From Candidatus Aenigmatarchaeota archaeon (GTDB lineage: Archaea > Aenigmatarchaeota > Aenigmatarchaeia > PWEA01 > JACQIF01), in the NCBI GenBank assembly GCA_016432325.1, contig CP066684.1, positions 736,001 to 800,000 on the forward strand: DNA of 64,000 nucleotides, read 5' to 3'. The translations under genes were made by a program, and so were the position numbers. Below, piece by piece: positions 18,114 through 26,416 of this stretch. Position 1 is the stretch's first letter, and every line of letters begins with the position of its first letter. The notes below the pieces were generated by a model. It was given only the letters and a program-made list of their open reading frames with translations, did not search any database and was not told where the DNA came from.

Positions 18114-19620
18114 CTTTCTTCACCACGTGCCCCTTGACTTCGTCGCCGAAGGAACGGTCTTCCTCGACCCGCTTTTCCGCGCGCTCTGGAACCATCTGCG
18201 GGAATAAAATGACTTCCTTTATGGAGCTCTGGTTGGTTAGCAGCATCACCAAGCGGTCTATACCGATGCCTACGCCGCCTGTGGGAGGCATGCCGCACTC
18301 CAGCGCGCGTATGAAATCTTCATCCATCTGGTGCGCTTCCGCGTGTCCGCGCTTGCGCATCGCGGCCTGCTGCTCGAAGCGCGAGCGCTGGTCTATCGGG
18401 TCGTTGAGCTCCGAAAACGCGTTGGCGAACTCGCGGCCCGTGATGAACAGCTCGAAACGCTCGGTGACGCCCGGTTCCCCGCGCTTCATCTTTGCGAGAG
18501 GCGACACCTCAACAGGATAGTCCGTTATGAACGTCGGGTTAACGATTTTTGGTTCGACGAACTCCTCGAAGAACGCTTCGATGAGCTCTCCGCGAGTGGC
18601 GCCCTTGTCAGTTTCGAGACCGTGTTTCTTCGCCAGCGCGCGCAGCTCTTCCAGCGTACGGCCGAAGGTTTCGATGCCGGCTCCGCGCACGGCGTCTTCC
18701 ATCGTGACGCGCCTCCACGGGGATTTGAGGTTTATCTTCTGGCCTTGATATTCGAATTCGAGCGTTCCGAGCGCCTTTATAGCAACGTGCTGGAATAGCC
18801 GCTCAACAAAGCCCATCATGTACTCGTAGTCCACGTACGCCTCGTAGAACTCCAGCATCGTGAACTCCGGGTTGTGCGTCGTATCGATGCTTTCGTTACG
18901 GAAGTCCTTGCTTATCTCGTAGACCTTTTCCATGCCGGCCACGACGAGACGTTTCAGGTACAGTTCGTCCGCGATGCGGAGATACATATCGACATCCAAA
19001 TCGTTGTGATGCGTTTTGAACGGGCGTGCCATCGCGCCGCCGTATATCGGCTGCAGTATCGGCGTCTCGACCTCGACGTAGCCGTGCTTGTCGAGAAACT
19101 CGCGCGCCGCCTGTATAATCTTGGTGCGCGCGGCGAATATCCTGCGCACGTCGGGGTTCATCACCATATCGAGATATCGCTGCCTGTAGCGCACCTCGAC
19201 GTCCTTCAAACCGAACCACGTCGACGGAATCGGATAGAGGCATTTGGAAAGCAGCACGAGTTCTTCGGCCGCGATGGAGACTTCTCCCTTGAGAGTCTTC
19301 ATGACCTTGCCTTTCGCGCCTATGTGGTCGCCGCGGTCAAGCAGACGGGAAATCCATGCGTACGCGTCGCCTATAGAGTCCGCGGACACGTAGACCTGAA
19401 TCTTGCCTGTTGCGTCTTGCAAATCGATAAACGTCAGCTTGCCGTGAGTGCGTATGCCGTAGATGCGGCCCGCCACGCTGGCGCGCGCGCCTTCGTGCTT
19501 CGCGTAGGCGTTCACTATGTCTCCCGCGGTGTGCGTGCGGTCGTATGCGTACGCAAAGGGCTCGATGCCCAGCTTCTTCAACTCTTCCAGCTTGCGCAGG
19601 CGTTCTGCACGTGTGTCCAT
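18091..19620 (-). CDS. lysS: Lysine--tRNA ligase, class II
   Basis: OB fold; YLRIADELYLKRL, FRNE...HNPEFTMLE, GMPPTGGVGIGIDRL. Confidence 0.97.
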   Translation of the reverse strand: MDTRAERLRKLEELKKLGIEPFAYAYDRTHTAGDIVNAYAKHEGARASVAGRIYGIRTHGKLTFIDLQDATGKIQVYVSADSIGDAYAWISRLLDRGDHIGAKGKVMKTLKGEVSIAAEELVLLSKCLYPIPSTWFGLKDVEVRYRQRYLDMVMNPDVRRIFAARTKIIQAAREFLDKHGYVEVETPILQPIYGGAMARPFKTHHNDLDVDMYLRIADELYLKRLVVAGMEKVYEISKDFRNESIDTTHNPEFTMLEFYEAYVDYEYMMGFVERLFQHVAIKALGTLEFEYQGQKINLKSPWRRVTMEDAVRGAGIETFGRTLEELRALAKKHGLETDKGATRGELIEAFFEEFVEPKIVNPTFITDYPVEVSPLAKMKRGEPGVTERFELFITGREFANAFSELNDPIDQRSRFEQQAAMRKRGHAEAHQMDEDFIRALECGMPPTGGVGIGIDRLVMLLTNQSSIKEVILFPQMVPERAEKRVEEDRSFGDEVKGHVVKKVKKAGKK

Positions 19621-19673
19621 CGACTTCACCCATGTACGATGGATAATTGAAACCGCAGTTTCATATTGTCCAT
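19614..19673 (-). repeat. X-hairpin-antiX-X duplication of the lysS start
   Basis: ATGGACA twice, 53 nt apart; hairpin TGAAAC-TGCG-GTTTCA; ATTATCCAT anti-copy. Confidence 0.75.
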
Positions 19674-19777
19674 GAGAACCATTTGCACGCGAAGGTTATA
19701 AGAACGTTACTGAGAAGCCCGTTGGAACCATTCTTCTGAGACAATCAATACTCTAATCCATTCAAGACTCGCTTCCG

Positions 19778-20170
19778 CTACGCGCCCGATCGCCTTTTCT
19801 CCCAAGCGCGTATCGTCTCCGTTGCAGTATCCCGTGCTCTGATGCCATCTCCCAGCATCTTGTATGCGTCAAAAAGTATGGGCCCGCCGTACACCATGTC
19901 AACCTCATCGAGGCAATTCTGCACGCTTTCCACTATCATGGTAAGGTCCTCCCTTGGCACACGTATCCCGTATTCTGTGATTAGGCCGAGAACGTTCCAT
20001 GCCTCGTCGCGGTCGGCATCTTCTGCTTCGTGCGAGCCGCTTGCCAGATAATCCAGAACCTTTTCCCTGGCCGCGATCAGCTCTTCCTTTCCAAGGGCCT
20101 TATTCCGTTCTCGTATATCCAAGGCGCTGATTCGTTCTCGTTTATCCGGGTCACTGAATGAAGGCCTCAT
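19778..20170 (-). CDS. Hypothetical protein
   Basis: 130-aa ORF with an upstream TTTAAATA box. Confidence 0.55.
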   Translation of the reverse strand: MRPSFSDPDKRERISALDIRERNKALGKEELIAAREKVLDYLASGSHEAEDADRDEAWNVLGLITEYGIRVPREDLTMIVESVQNCLDEVDMVYGGPILFDAYKMLGDGIRARDTATETIRAWEKRRSGA

Positions 20171-20216
20171 TGTACAACCGAGCCAATAACGCGCGAAAGC
20201 TATTTAAACCGATGTC

Positions 20217-21275
20217 TCACTTCTCGGCCATTATCTCCTTGACCTTCTTTTCCAGATCGGTTTTGTAGGTCTCGGAACGGTCCTCTTTCGAATAGAAGTC
20301 GGTCTTCGCTGCCATCGATATCTTCGCCGCCAGAGCACGCGCGACCTTGCCCCTTTTCTCCTGCGGCGCGTGCTGGATGTACGGATGCGTGAACAGCAGT
20401 CCATACTTGGGCGGTCGCGCGTCCCGTGCGCCCTGCTTGCGCGACTTCATGAAACGGAAGAGCGCCTTCTCCGCGCCGAGGAGCTGTATCGTGGACGCAG
20501 GCATCTTGGCCAAACGCTCGAGAGAGCCGGCGTGCTTGATCATCTTCGCCGCCAGTATCGGTCCCGCGACGGCCGTTGTGTTGGGCGCGACTCCGGGCAT
20601 CGCCCGTTCGAGATACATTTCGTAATCCCTTTTGAGGCCGAACAGGTCCACGGTTTCCGCGGCGTGCAGTCTTATCTGTTCGAGGTCGTCCTCCTCTATG
20701 TACGTGCCTATAGTGTCTTCCTCGCGTTTCGCCCCGTCGACTATCGCCTGCGCGTACTTCTCGTTGTCGCGAGTCTTGCGTTCCAGTTCCGGATGGTAGA
20801 TTCCGTACCACTCGTGCAGGCGTTCTGACATCACGTTCGCTATCTCTGTCAGGTCTTCGATGGAAGCGACGGCCTGCGCGACTATCTTATCCTTGTTCGG
20901 TTTCGCCTTCAGTTTTTCCTTTGTTTCCAGCCGCGCGAGCTCGGAGAGCAGCGCGTTCAGCTCCTGCTGGTCCTTGACAAACCCCGTTTCGACTGCAAGT
21001 TTGCGGACGTTGCTCGCCGCGTACTGCGCGCCCGGGTTGCCGGGCTCGCGCGTTATCTCAAAGCCTTCGTACTCGAAACCCAGGTCTGTGACGAGCGCCT
21101 TGTCCTTGGCTGTCGCGAGAACCTCGTCCAGTTCGGGCGTAGTGACTCCCTTGCGCAGGACGTGCAGCCGCTCCTTGATGGTCGCTGCGTCCCTTGGAAA
21201 CAGGGAGAAGGCTGCAACGTTGAAGTCCTTGTCCAGCGCGAAAACGCCCGCGTAGCAGGCTGTCACGTACAACAT
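20217..21275 (-). CDS. nop5: C/D box sRNP protein Nop5 (Nop56/58)
   Basis: ERLHEWYG, APN...GPILAA, MPASTIQLLGAEKALF, PKYGLLF, RGKVARALAAK. Confidence 0.93.
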   Translation of the reverse strand: MLYVTACYAGVFALDKDFNVAAFSLFPRDAATIKERLHVLRKGVTTPELDEVLATAKDKALVTDLGFEYEGFEITREPGNPGAQYAASNVRKLAVETGFVKDQQELNALLSELARLETKEKLKAKPNKDKIVAQAVASIEDLTEIANVMSERLHEWYGIYHPELERKTRDNEKYAQAIVDGAKREEDTIGTYIEEDDLEQIRLHAAETVDLFGLKRDYEMYLERAMPGVAPNTTAVAGPILAAKMIKHAGSLERLAKMPASTIQLLGAEKALFRFMKSRKQGARDARPPKYGLLFTHPYIQHAPQEKRGKVARALAAKISMAAKTDFYSKEDRSETYKTDLEKKVKEIMAEK

Positions 21276-21306
21276 ATCCGACCGCTCCTCTGAAAGGGTC
21301 GCTCGC

Positions 21307-21376
21307 GAAGGTTTAAATAGCTCATGCCGCAAGGGCGGGAGCTTTAAACCGCCCAGCGCCCGGAAGGTTTAAATAG
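21307..21376 (+). repeat. Duplicated BRE/TATA with a hairpin and an inverted copy
   Basis: GAAGGTTTAAATAG at 21307 and 21363; GCC-GCAA-GGGC hairpin; GCTTTAAACC anti-copy. Confidence 0.6.
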
Positions 21377-21397
21377 GCAACGTCTAAACCTCCAGCT

Positions 21398-21458
21398 ATG
21401 GGAAGAAACGAAACCTTCGGTTTCAATCTTCCCCGTGAGTTGAGCTATATGGGAAGAA
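21398..21458 (+). repeat. X-hairpin-antiX-X duplication of the rps17e start
   Basis: ATGGGAAGAA at 21398 and 21449; hairpin GAAAC-CTTCG-GTTTC; TCTTCCC anti-copy. Confidence 0.8.
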
Positions 21459-21691
21459 TAAAGACCGCGCAGGTGAAGTCTCTCGGCAAGGATTTCGTCA
21501 AGGCCTATCCGGACAGGTTCACGACAGACTTCGACAAGAACAAGGAGATTCTGGCGACGGCCCAGATGAAGTCCAAGTGGCTCAAGAATCGTCTGGCCGG
21601 ATACACGGCGAAGCTCATGAAGCAGAAGGCCCGCGGCGTCATCATAACCGCTCCTCAGAAACAGGAAGAAGAGAAGAAGGAAGAGACATAG
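21449..21691 (+). CDS. rps17e: 30S ribosomal protein S17e
   Basis: MGRIKT...YPDRFTTDFDKNK...SKWLKNRLAGY. Confidence 0.93.
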   Translation: MGRIKTAQVKSLGKDFVKAYPDRFTTDFDKNKEILATAQMKSKWLKNRLAGYTAKLMKQKARGVIITAPQKQEEEKKEET

Positions 21692-21698
21692 TGGGATT

Positions 21699-22067
21699 TG
21701 GTGCGGAGGGCCGGACATTCTCCATGAATGCGCCAAGGCACATCGTGCCCGCAGGCGGATTTTTCATGAAAGTTTTTGCACGGAAGTGTGCAAAAAGTTT
21801 CGAACCGACGAACGCACTAAGCGACCAGATATCTCGAAGCGCATTTTTGATTTTCGCGTTTCGGATAAGCCTTCTTGAGTGTTGCCTCTCACAGAGTTTC
21901 CTCTCGAAACTCAAGGAACTGGCACCGTTGGTCTACGACTTCGTGTCGGAAGACGTACTTTCCGTGCATCTCGGAACGCGTGCGTTCCGAGTTTCCGAAT
22001 ACCGTTCGGAAATGCTTTTGCGCTCTGTGGCGCAAAAGCTTGCTTGGCCAGGCTTGGTTACCTCCGC
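21699..22067 (-). tRNA. tRNA-Leu(CAA) with 4 introns (~21928-22043 at 21/22, 21881-21918 at 30/31, 21831-21873 at 37/38, 21716-21798 at 59/60)
   Basis: Spliced 89 nt: GCGGAGG/CCTCCGC acceptor, CCAGA-CTCAAGA-TCTGG, long variable arm, ACCA; perfect TGCC/GGCA BHB helix at 30/31. Confidence 0.8.
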
Positions 22068-22127
22068 AAACTAAACCGACTTTCTTGCGGCAGGTACAAG
22101 AAGCTTTGCTTCTTGGTTACCTCCGCA
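22053..22127 (-). repeat. X-hairpin-antiX-X duplication of the tRNA-Leu(CAA) 5' end
   Basis: TGCGGAGGTAACCAAG (16 nt) twice, 59 nt apart; hairpin AAGC-AAA-GCTT; CTTGTACCTGCCGCA anti-copy. Confidence 0.85.
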
Positions 22128-22159
22128 TTGCTAATCGCTTCAGAAACAAAGGATATAAA

Positions 22160-22732
22160 TCACTTAATCCTCGCAAGCTCCTTTTTCAGGTTGGAAAGCT
22201 CGCTCTGCAGCTCGGAGACGTATTGCGTTACGCGCGCCCGCTCCTTGGAGCGCGGTATCTCTATCTCCGCCTCTTCGGGGCGCACGAACTCGCCGTCCAG
22301 AGAGATGAGGACGTCTGTGAGGTCCGTGACCGCCTGGCGCATCGCCTTCATGGTGCTGTCGCGGACGTGCTCCACTTCGTTCAAAAGGACCATTGTATCT
22401 GTCACGCTATGCAGGGACACCTTGATTTCCTCGAGCTTCTGGAGAATCTCCTTGTATCTGTCGATTTTGACGAACAGAGGCGCCATTTCTGACGCACGGA
22501 GAGTGCGTTCCACGGTCTCACCGACAGGCGGCCCGTACACCGGCATCTGAGGAGCTTGCGGAACAGGACCGGAGATGGGCTGGGGCGTCCATGAAGGTGC
22601 AGGAGGCAGGGCCATGGAAGGCGGAGCCATCGGAGGCAAGGGCGGCAGAGGAGGTCGCGCGGCGCCCACCCTGTCTTTTACGGCCTGTATGTCCGTGCGC
22701 TCCTCGCTCTTCTTCCAGAAAGCCATTCGCAT
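22160..22732 (-). CDS. Pro-rich/coiled-coil hypothetical protein
   Basis: APLFVKIDRYKEIL followed by heptad repeats. Confidence 0.7.
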   Translation of the reverse strand: MRMAFWKKSEERTDIQAVKDRVGAARPPLPPLPPMAPPSMALPPAPSWTPQPISGPVPQAPQMPVYGPPVGETVERTLRASEMAPLFVKIDRYKEILQKLEEIKVSLHSVTDTMVLLNEVEHVRDSTMKAMRQAVTDLTDVLISLDGEFVRPEEAEIEIPRSKERARVTQYVSELQSELSNLKKELARIK

Positions 22733-22808
22733 CCCTATAAGTGTAACAACTGCATAGTGTTCAGGGGAACCCATTTATAAACGTTTCAGCAGTTCTTATC
22801 GTTAACGC

Positions 22809-22935
22809 GCGCCGATGATCTAGTGGCATGATTCGAGCTTCCCAAGCTCGTTGTGCGGGTTCGATGACATCCTGTCCCATGGGGCGGGAGGTTTGAAACG
22901 CGAAGCGTTTCAGGAATATCCCGCTCGGCGCACCA
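22809..22935 (+). tRNA. tRNA-Gly(CCC) with a 53-nt intron at 59/60 (~22866-22918)
   Basis: GCGCCGA/TCGGCGC acceptor, CGAGC-TTCCCAA-GCTCG, GCGGG/CCCGC T-stem, ACCA. Confidence 0.9.
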
Positions 22936-22955
22936 TTCTAAACCTTCTTGTCTCC

Positions 22956-23078
22956 GCCTCCTGCCGTGCACGGAAAACGGAAGTTTTCCGGCATTTTCGA
23001 ACAGTGGTTCGAAAGGTTCGGATTGCATCCGAACATGCCGAAACGTCTATGCCGTTTCGTGCACAAGGGCGGGAGGCC
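22956..23078. repeat. Free-standing multi-hairpin element related to the tRNA intron modules
   Basis: GTGCAC...GTGCAC outer stem enclosing CGGAAAAC/GTTTTCCG, TTTCGAAC/GTTCGAAA and TTCGGA/TCCGAA hairpins. Confidence 0.7.
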
Positions 23079-23778
23079 CGAACTGTATTCGTGTCGACGC
23101 CAGCGCATCCGTGAAGAGCCTCTCGTCCGCATCGTTCATCGGCGGCGCGCCGGCATGCTGGACGAGCCACATACCGCTCTCCCGGATCTTCTGGACTGGA
23201 GACGAGAGGCCCAGCCATGTCGGCGACACGCGGCATTCGTTGCAACCGGCCACCGTGCCGATAAGAGAGGCTTCCAAACCGTCCGTGCCCATGCGCTGCG
23301 TTTGATTATCGACAACGATGAACCTGAATGAAAAGTTTTCGCGGAGGATGCGCGTGACCTCGGCTTCGACAGAGCGCTCTTTCTCAATGTCCCGCAACTT
23401 GAAGCCGGCTTCGCGCGAAGCGCGCGTTGTGAAGTCCTTCTCCCAGACAGCGAGGTAGGGATCGTTGGCGCGGTTGAGCAAAGCGCGCCCGATGTTTTTT
23501 CTGAAGATGCTCCTGTCGTGCGGCGGAGATTTCGTTGCGTCAAAATCCATCTTCTTTTCATCGACGAGGAAGTGCTCTGAAACGCGGCTGCGGAAATTTC
23601 CGTCCTTGTGCGTGCCTATGCGCACGATGCGCGGGCGCGAGCCTCCGTGGCCCCATGTCTCTCCTATCTCGTACAAAAAGTAGATGCCGTTGCGCGGAAG
23701 CGCGCTCACGTCAAAGGGCCACCTGACGAGCGGCAGCGTCTCAAGCTTTTCGTGGAGCGCCTTGCACGTCTGGGACAT
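23047..23778 (-). CDS. GIY-YIG-like putative nuclease
   Basis: NGIYFLYE...IVRIGTH...FRSRVSEH. Confidence 0.6.
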   Translation of the reverse strand: MSQTCKALHEKLETLPLVRWPFDVSALPRNGIYFLYEIGETWGHGGSRPRIVRIGTHKDGNFRSRVSEHFLVDEKKMDFDATKSPPHDRSIFRKNIGRALLNRANDPYLAVWEKDFTTRASREAGFKLRDIEKERSVEAEVTRILRENFSFRFIVVDNQTQRMGTDGLEASLIGTVAGCNECRVSPTWLGLSSPVQKIRESGMWLVQHAGAPPMNDADERLFTDALASTRIQFGPPALVHETA

Positions 23779-23786
23779 CGAAACAC

Positions 23787-24185
23787 CTACACTATTTCGG
23801 CGAGATGCGTTATGAACCTTACGCGGTCCCGCAAACCCGATTCCGCAACCAATCGTTTGTATAGCGGATGGAAACGCCCGGGGTTGTTGTAGAATATTAC
23901 TTCGTCGAAAGGAGCGAGCTTCGCGTTGAAATCCTCGACAAGCGCGACGAACTCAGCCACGCTTACGCTGTTCGGGTCTTTCTCGTACCATGCGTGCGAG
24001 ACGTCGGGAAACCAGACGCCGTGCAGGTCTGAGAGTATGGCCCATCGAACGCCTTGCGATCTGCACCGTTCCATGAAGCGTTGCGTCGGCGTGGCGGTGT
24101 AGAGTGCGTCAGGCCCGACAGCTTTGACCGTGTCGCGCAGGGAGTCATCCTTCTTTGCCGAGCAGTGCGTGAGATAGAGTTTCAT
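23787..24185 (-). CDS. DUF6884-like protein
   Basis: HCSAKK...DALYT...WAILSDLHG (family recalled, not searched). Confidence 0.55.
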   Translation of the reverse strand: MKLYLTHCSAKKDDSLRDTVKAVGPDALYTATPTQRFMERCRSQGVRWAILSDLHGVWFPDVSHAWYEKDPNSVSVAEFVALVEDFNAKLAPFDEVIFYNNPGRFHPLYKRLVAESGLRDRVRFITHLAEIV

Positions 24186-24200
24186 CGGACAGCCCCTAAA

Positions 24201-24818
24201 CTACTGGAAAGCTGGATCGAACTTTTTTTCGTCGGAGCGTCGCTTGACGCGTTTTATCGCCCTCAATTTTTCGAGACTGGCAACTACATCTTTCTCTGAC
24301 ATGCCGACGTGTTGCGCTATCTCGGCAGGATCTCTGGTCGTCATCCATTCCAGTACCCTTGCCGCTTGCGCCTCTGGGATATCGAGGTTCTTCGCAAGAG
24401 CCCTAGCAGATGCGGGATCCTCGTCGACGAATAAACATTTCCTTCCAGGGACGTCGCCTGTGAAAAAGTACTCCTTCGCGCCTATACGCAGCGAATTGAT
24501 TGCGTTCTCCTCCACCATAATCTCGGGTCCCAAGAGTGTCAGCAGGCCTCCCATTTCATCGAAGCTAACGTATGGTCTGCCGTCGCGGCTTCTGAAATTG
24601 TAGTCTCTCGTCTTTTCGTCATATCGTATCTCGGCGCCAAGGCGCATGGATTTGGTTTTCATGCTCCCGCCCATAAGCGCATACCAAGCTCCGGCCACCC
24701 TTACGATTGGTAAAGCCCCTTCGACAGAGGACTCCTTCGTCACAAACTTGCCGTGCTCTTTGACTATTTCCTTGATTTCCTTGATAGAAAGCCGTCTGTT
24801 TGCATAACTCTTGGTCAT
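24201..24818 (-). CDS. Hypothetical protein with a possible C-terminal HTH
   Basis: PAEIAQHVGMSEKDVVASLEKL. Confidence 0.6.
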   Translation of the reverse strand: MTKSYANRRLSIKEIKEIVKEHGKFVTKESSVEGALPIVRVAGAWYALMGGSMKTKSMRLGAEIRYDEKTRDYNFRSRDGRPYVSFDEMGGLLTLLGPEIMVEENAINSLRIGAKEYFFTGDVPGRKCLFVDEDPASARALAKNLDIPEAQAARVLEWMTTRDPAEIAQHVGMSEKDVVASLEKLRAIKRVKRRSDEKKFDPAFQ

Positions 24819-24822
24819 CGAC

Positions 24823-25407
24823 TCACCCGAATATCCCACCGAATCCTTCGAAAGCCTTCTGCTCCTCGTCATAAATCTTCTTGATGATTTCATCCTTCTT
24901 GGCGCCCGTAACCTCTTCGACCAGTCCGGTCAGAAGCTCGCGCGCAAGCGCGCACGCGCCGTCCGCCCCGTCTATGAGCAGCACCTGTCCTTTCTCATAA
25001 CCGAATTGCGTCGCGTCCTTGAATATTATGGTCTGGCGTTCGATGGACTCGGTTCCTATGCCAAGCACGTTACGAGCCTTGTCCACGTTAGTCAACTCCC
25101 AGACAGCCACGTCGCCTTTCAGAGGATCATCGTCCTCTCCAAGACTCTTGTTGTACGCGTCCCGTATTCTCGTGCGCTCTTCAACGCTCTCCTCATTGGC
25201 AACTTTGGACAATAGGCTTTTGAGTAGTTCGTACGCCTTGTCGTTGGGTCTCAACAGAAGCATGAAGTAAAACTTGTCTCCAGAGAGGCCGATGTCCTTG
25301 GCGGTCCGCGTGACGAACGTCCTTTTTGAAACGGAATTGTTGCCGACGCCTACTATGTCTTTCACGGCATCCGCGTTCTTCCCCGGCACCAAAAACAGCG
25401 CTTGCAT
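24823..25407 (-). CDS. Hypothetical protein (two similar halves)
   Basis: Ends EEQKAFEGFGGIFG; operonic. Confidence 0.65.
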   Translation of the reverse strand: MQALFLVPGKNADAVKDIVGVGNNSVSKRTFVTRTAKDIGLSGDKFYFMLLLRPNDKAYELLKSLLSKVANEESVEERTRIRDAYNKSLGEDDDPLKGDVAVWELTNVDKARNVLGIGTESIERQTIIFKDATQFGYEKGQVLLIDGADGACALARELLTGLVEEVTGAKKDEIIKKIYDEEQKAFEGFGGIFG

Positions 25408-25428
25408 TGAATCACGCTGAGAACGAAG

Positions 25429-25866
25429 CTATTTAACCTTCTTTACGGGCGCTGCTGTCGCTTTCTCATCGCCGTCTTTCTTCTCCTCTTGCTTCCCGCC
25501 CTTCCTCGCCTTCTCCGTTTCTTTCCGCTCTCGCGCCTTCTTGCCGTGCTGCGTCCACGCTTCCACCAACCACTCCTTCTCTTCGTCCTTGGCGGTGGCG
25601 CGCAGGTCTATCTTAACCTCGGGCTGTTCGATTTGCTGCTCGACAACCTTGGCAGCCGTCTCGGCATGCTCCATCGAATACTCCTTCTCCTTCGTCTCCT
25701 CCTCTTCGGGTTTCTTCTCCTCTTCCTTTTTTTGTATCGCGTAGCCTTCTATGCTCTTGACTACATATGCCGTGTCTCCGCGCACGTCAAACTCCTTGTG
25801 TGCGCTCTCTTCCTCTTCCTTCTCCTTCTCCCTTTGCGTCACGTAACGCCCGCCGCGGAATACCAT
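25429..25866 (-). CDS. Highly charged Glu/Lys-rich protein
   Basis: Purine-rich coding strand, ATG start. Confidence 0.6.
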   Translation of the reverse strand: MVFRGGRYVTQREKEKEEEESAHKEFDVRGDTAYVVKSIEGYAIQKKEEEKKPEEEETKEKEYSMEHAETAAKVVEQQIEQPEVKIDLRATAKDEEKEWLVEAWTQHGKKARERKETEKARKGGKQEEKKDGDEKATAAPVKKVK

Positions 25867-25906
25867 GCAATCGGAATATTTAGCCGGGAAAGAGATAAAT
25901 AAAGAG

Positions 25907-26416
25907 ATGAGAGAAGCGATAGTCATAGCGGTTCTGATCACGGCAGGATGCGTGGCAGGGGAGGCGGCGGATATGCTAACGTTGAAAAGCGGCGCATTCG
26001 CGGACGGTGGAGAGATTCCCGAGAAATACGGCTACAAACGAGATAACGTGAGTCCGCCTCTGGAGATATCCAGCGTGCCTGCCGACGCACGGTCACTCGT
26101 TCTGATAATGGACGACCCGGACGCGCAGCGCGTTGCCGGGCGCGTGTGGGTTCACTGGGTCGTCTGGAACATGCCTGCTGAAACGCGTGCGATAGAAGAA
26201 GGCGAGTCGCCGGGAATAGAAGGCAAAACGGACTTCGGGACAGTCGGTTACGGAGGACCCGCGCCGCCGGACCGCCCGCACGTGTACGTCTTTAAATTGT
26301 ATGCGTTAGACGCGATGTTGGACTTGCCCGAAGGTTCGACAAAGGAGCAGGTCGAAGCCGCGATGCGCGGGCACGTCATAGCGCAAACGCAGCTGAAAGG
26401 AAGATACGCGCCTTAG
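25907..26416 (+). CDS. YbhB/YbcL (PEBP) family lipoprotein
   Basis: MDDPDA...WVHWVVWN...GYGGPAPP...HVYVFKLYALD. Confidence 0.9.
   Translation: MREAIVIAVLITAGCVAGEAADMLTLKSGAFADGGEIPEKYGYKRDNVSPPLEISSVPADARSLVLIMDDPDAQRVAGRVWVHWVVWNMPAETRAIEEGESPGIEGKTDFGTVGYGGPAPPDRPHVYVFKLYALDAMLDLPEGSTKEQVEAAMRGHVIAQTQLKGRYAP

Noticed and set aside
17595-22127. Start duplications as assembly artefacts
   Set aside because: Each includes a diverged inverted copy and a stable-loop hairpin rather than a plain tandem repeat; read mapping is still needed for certainty
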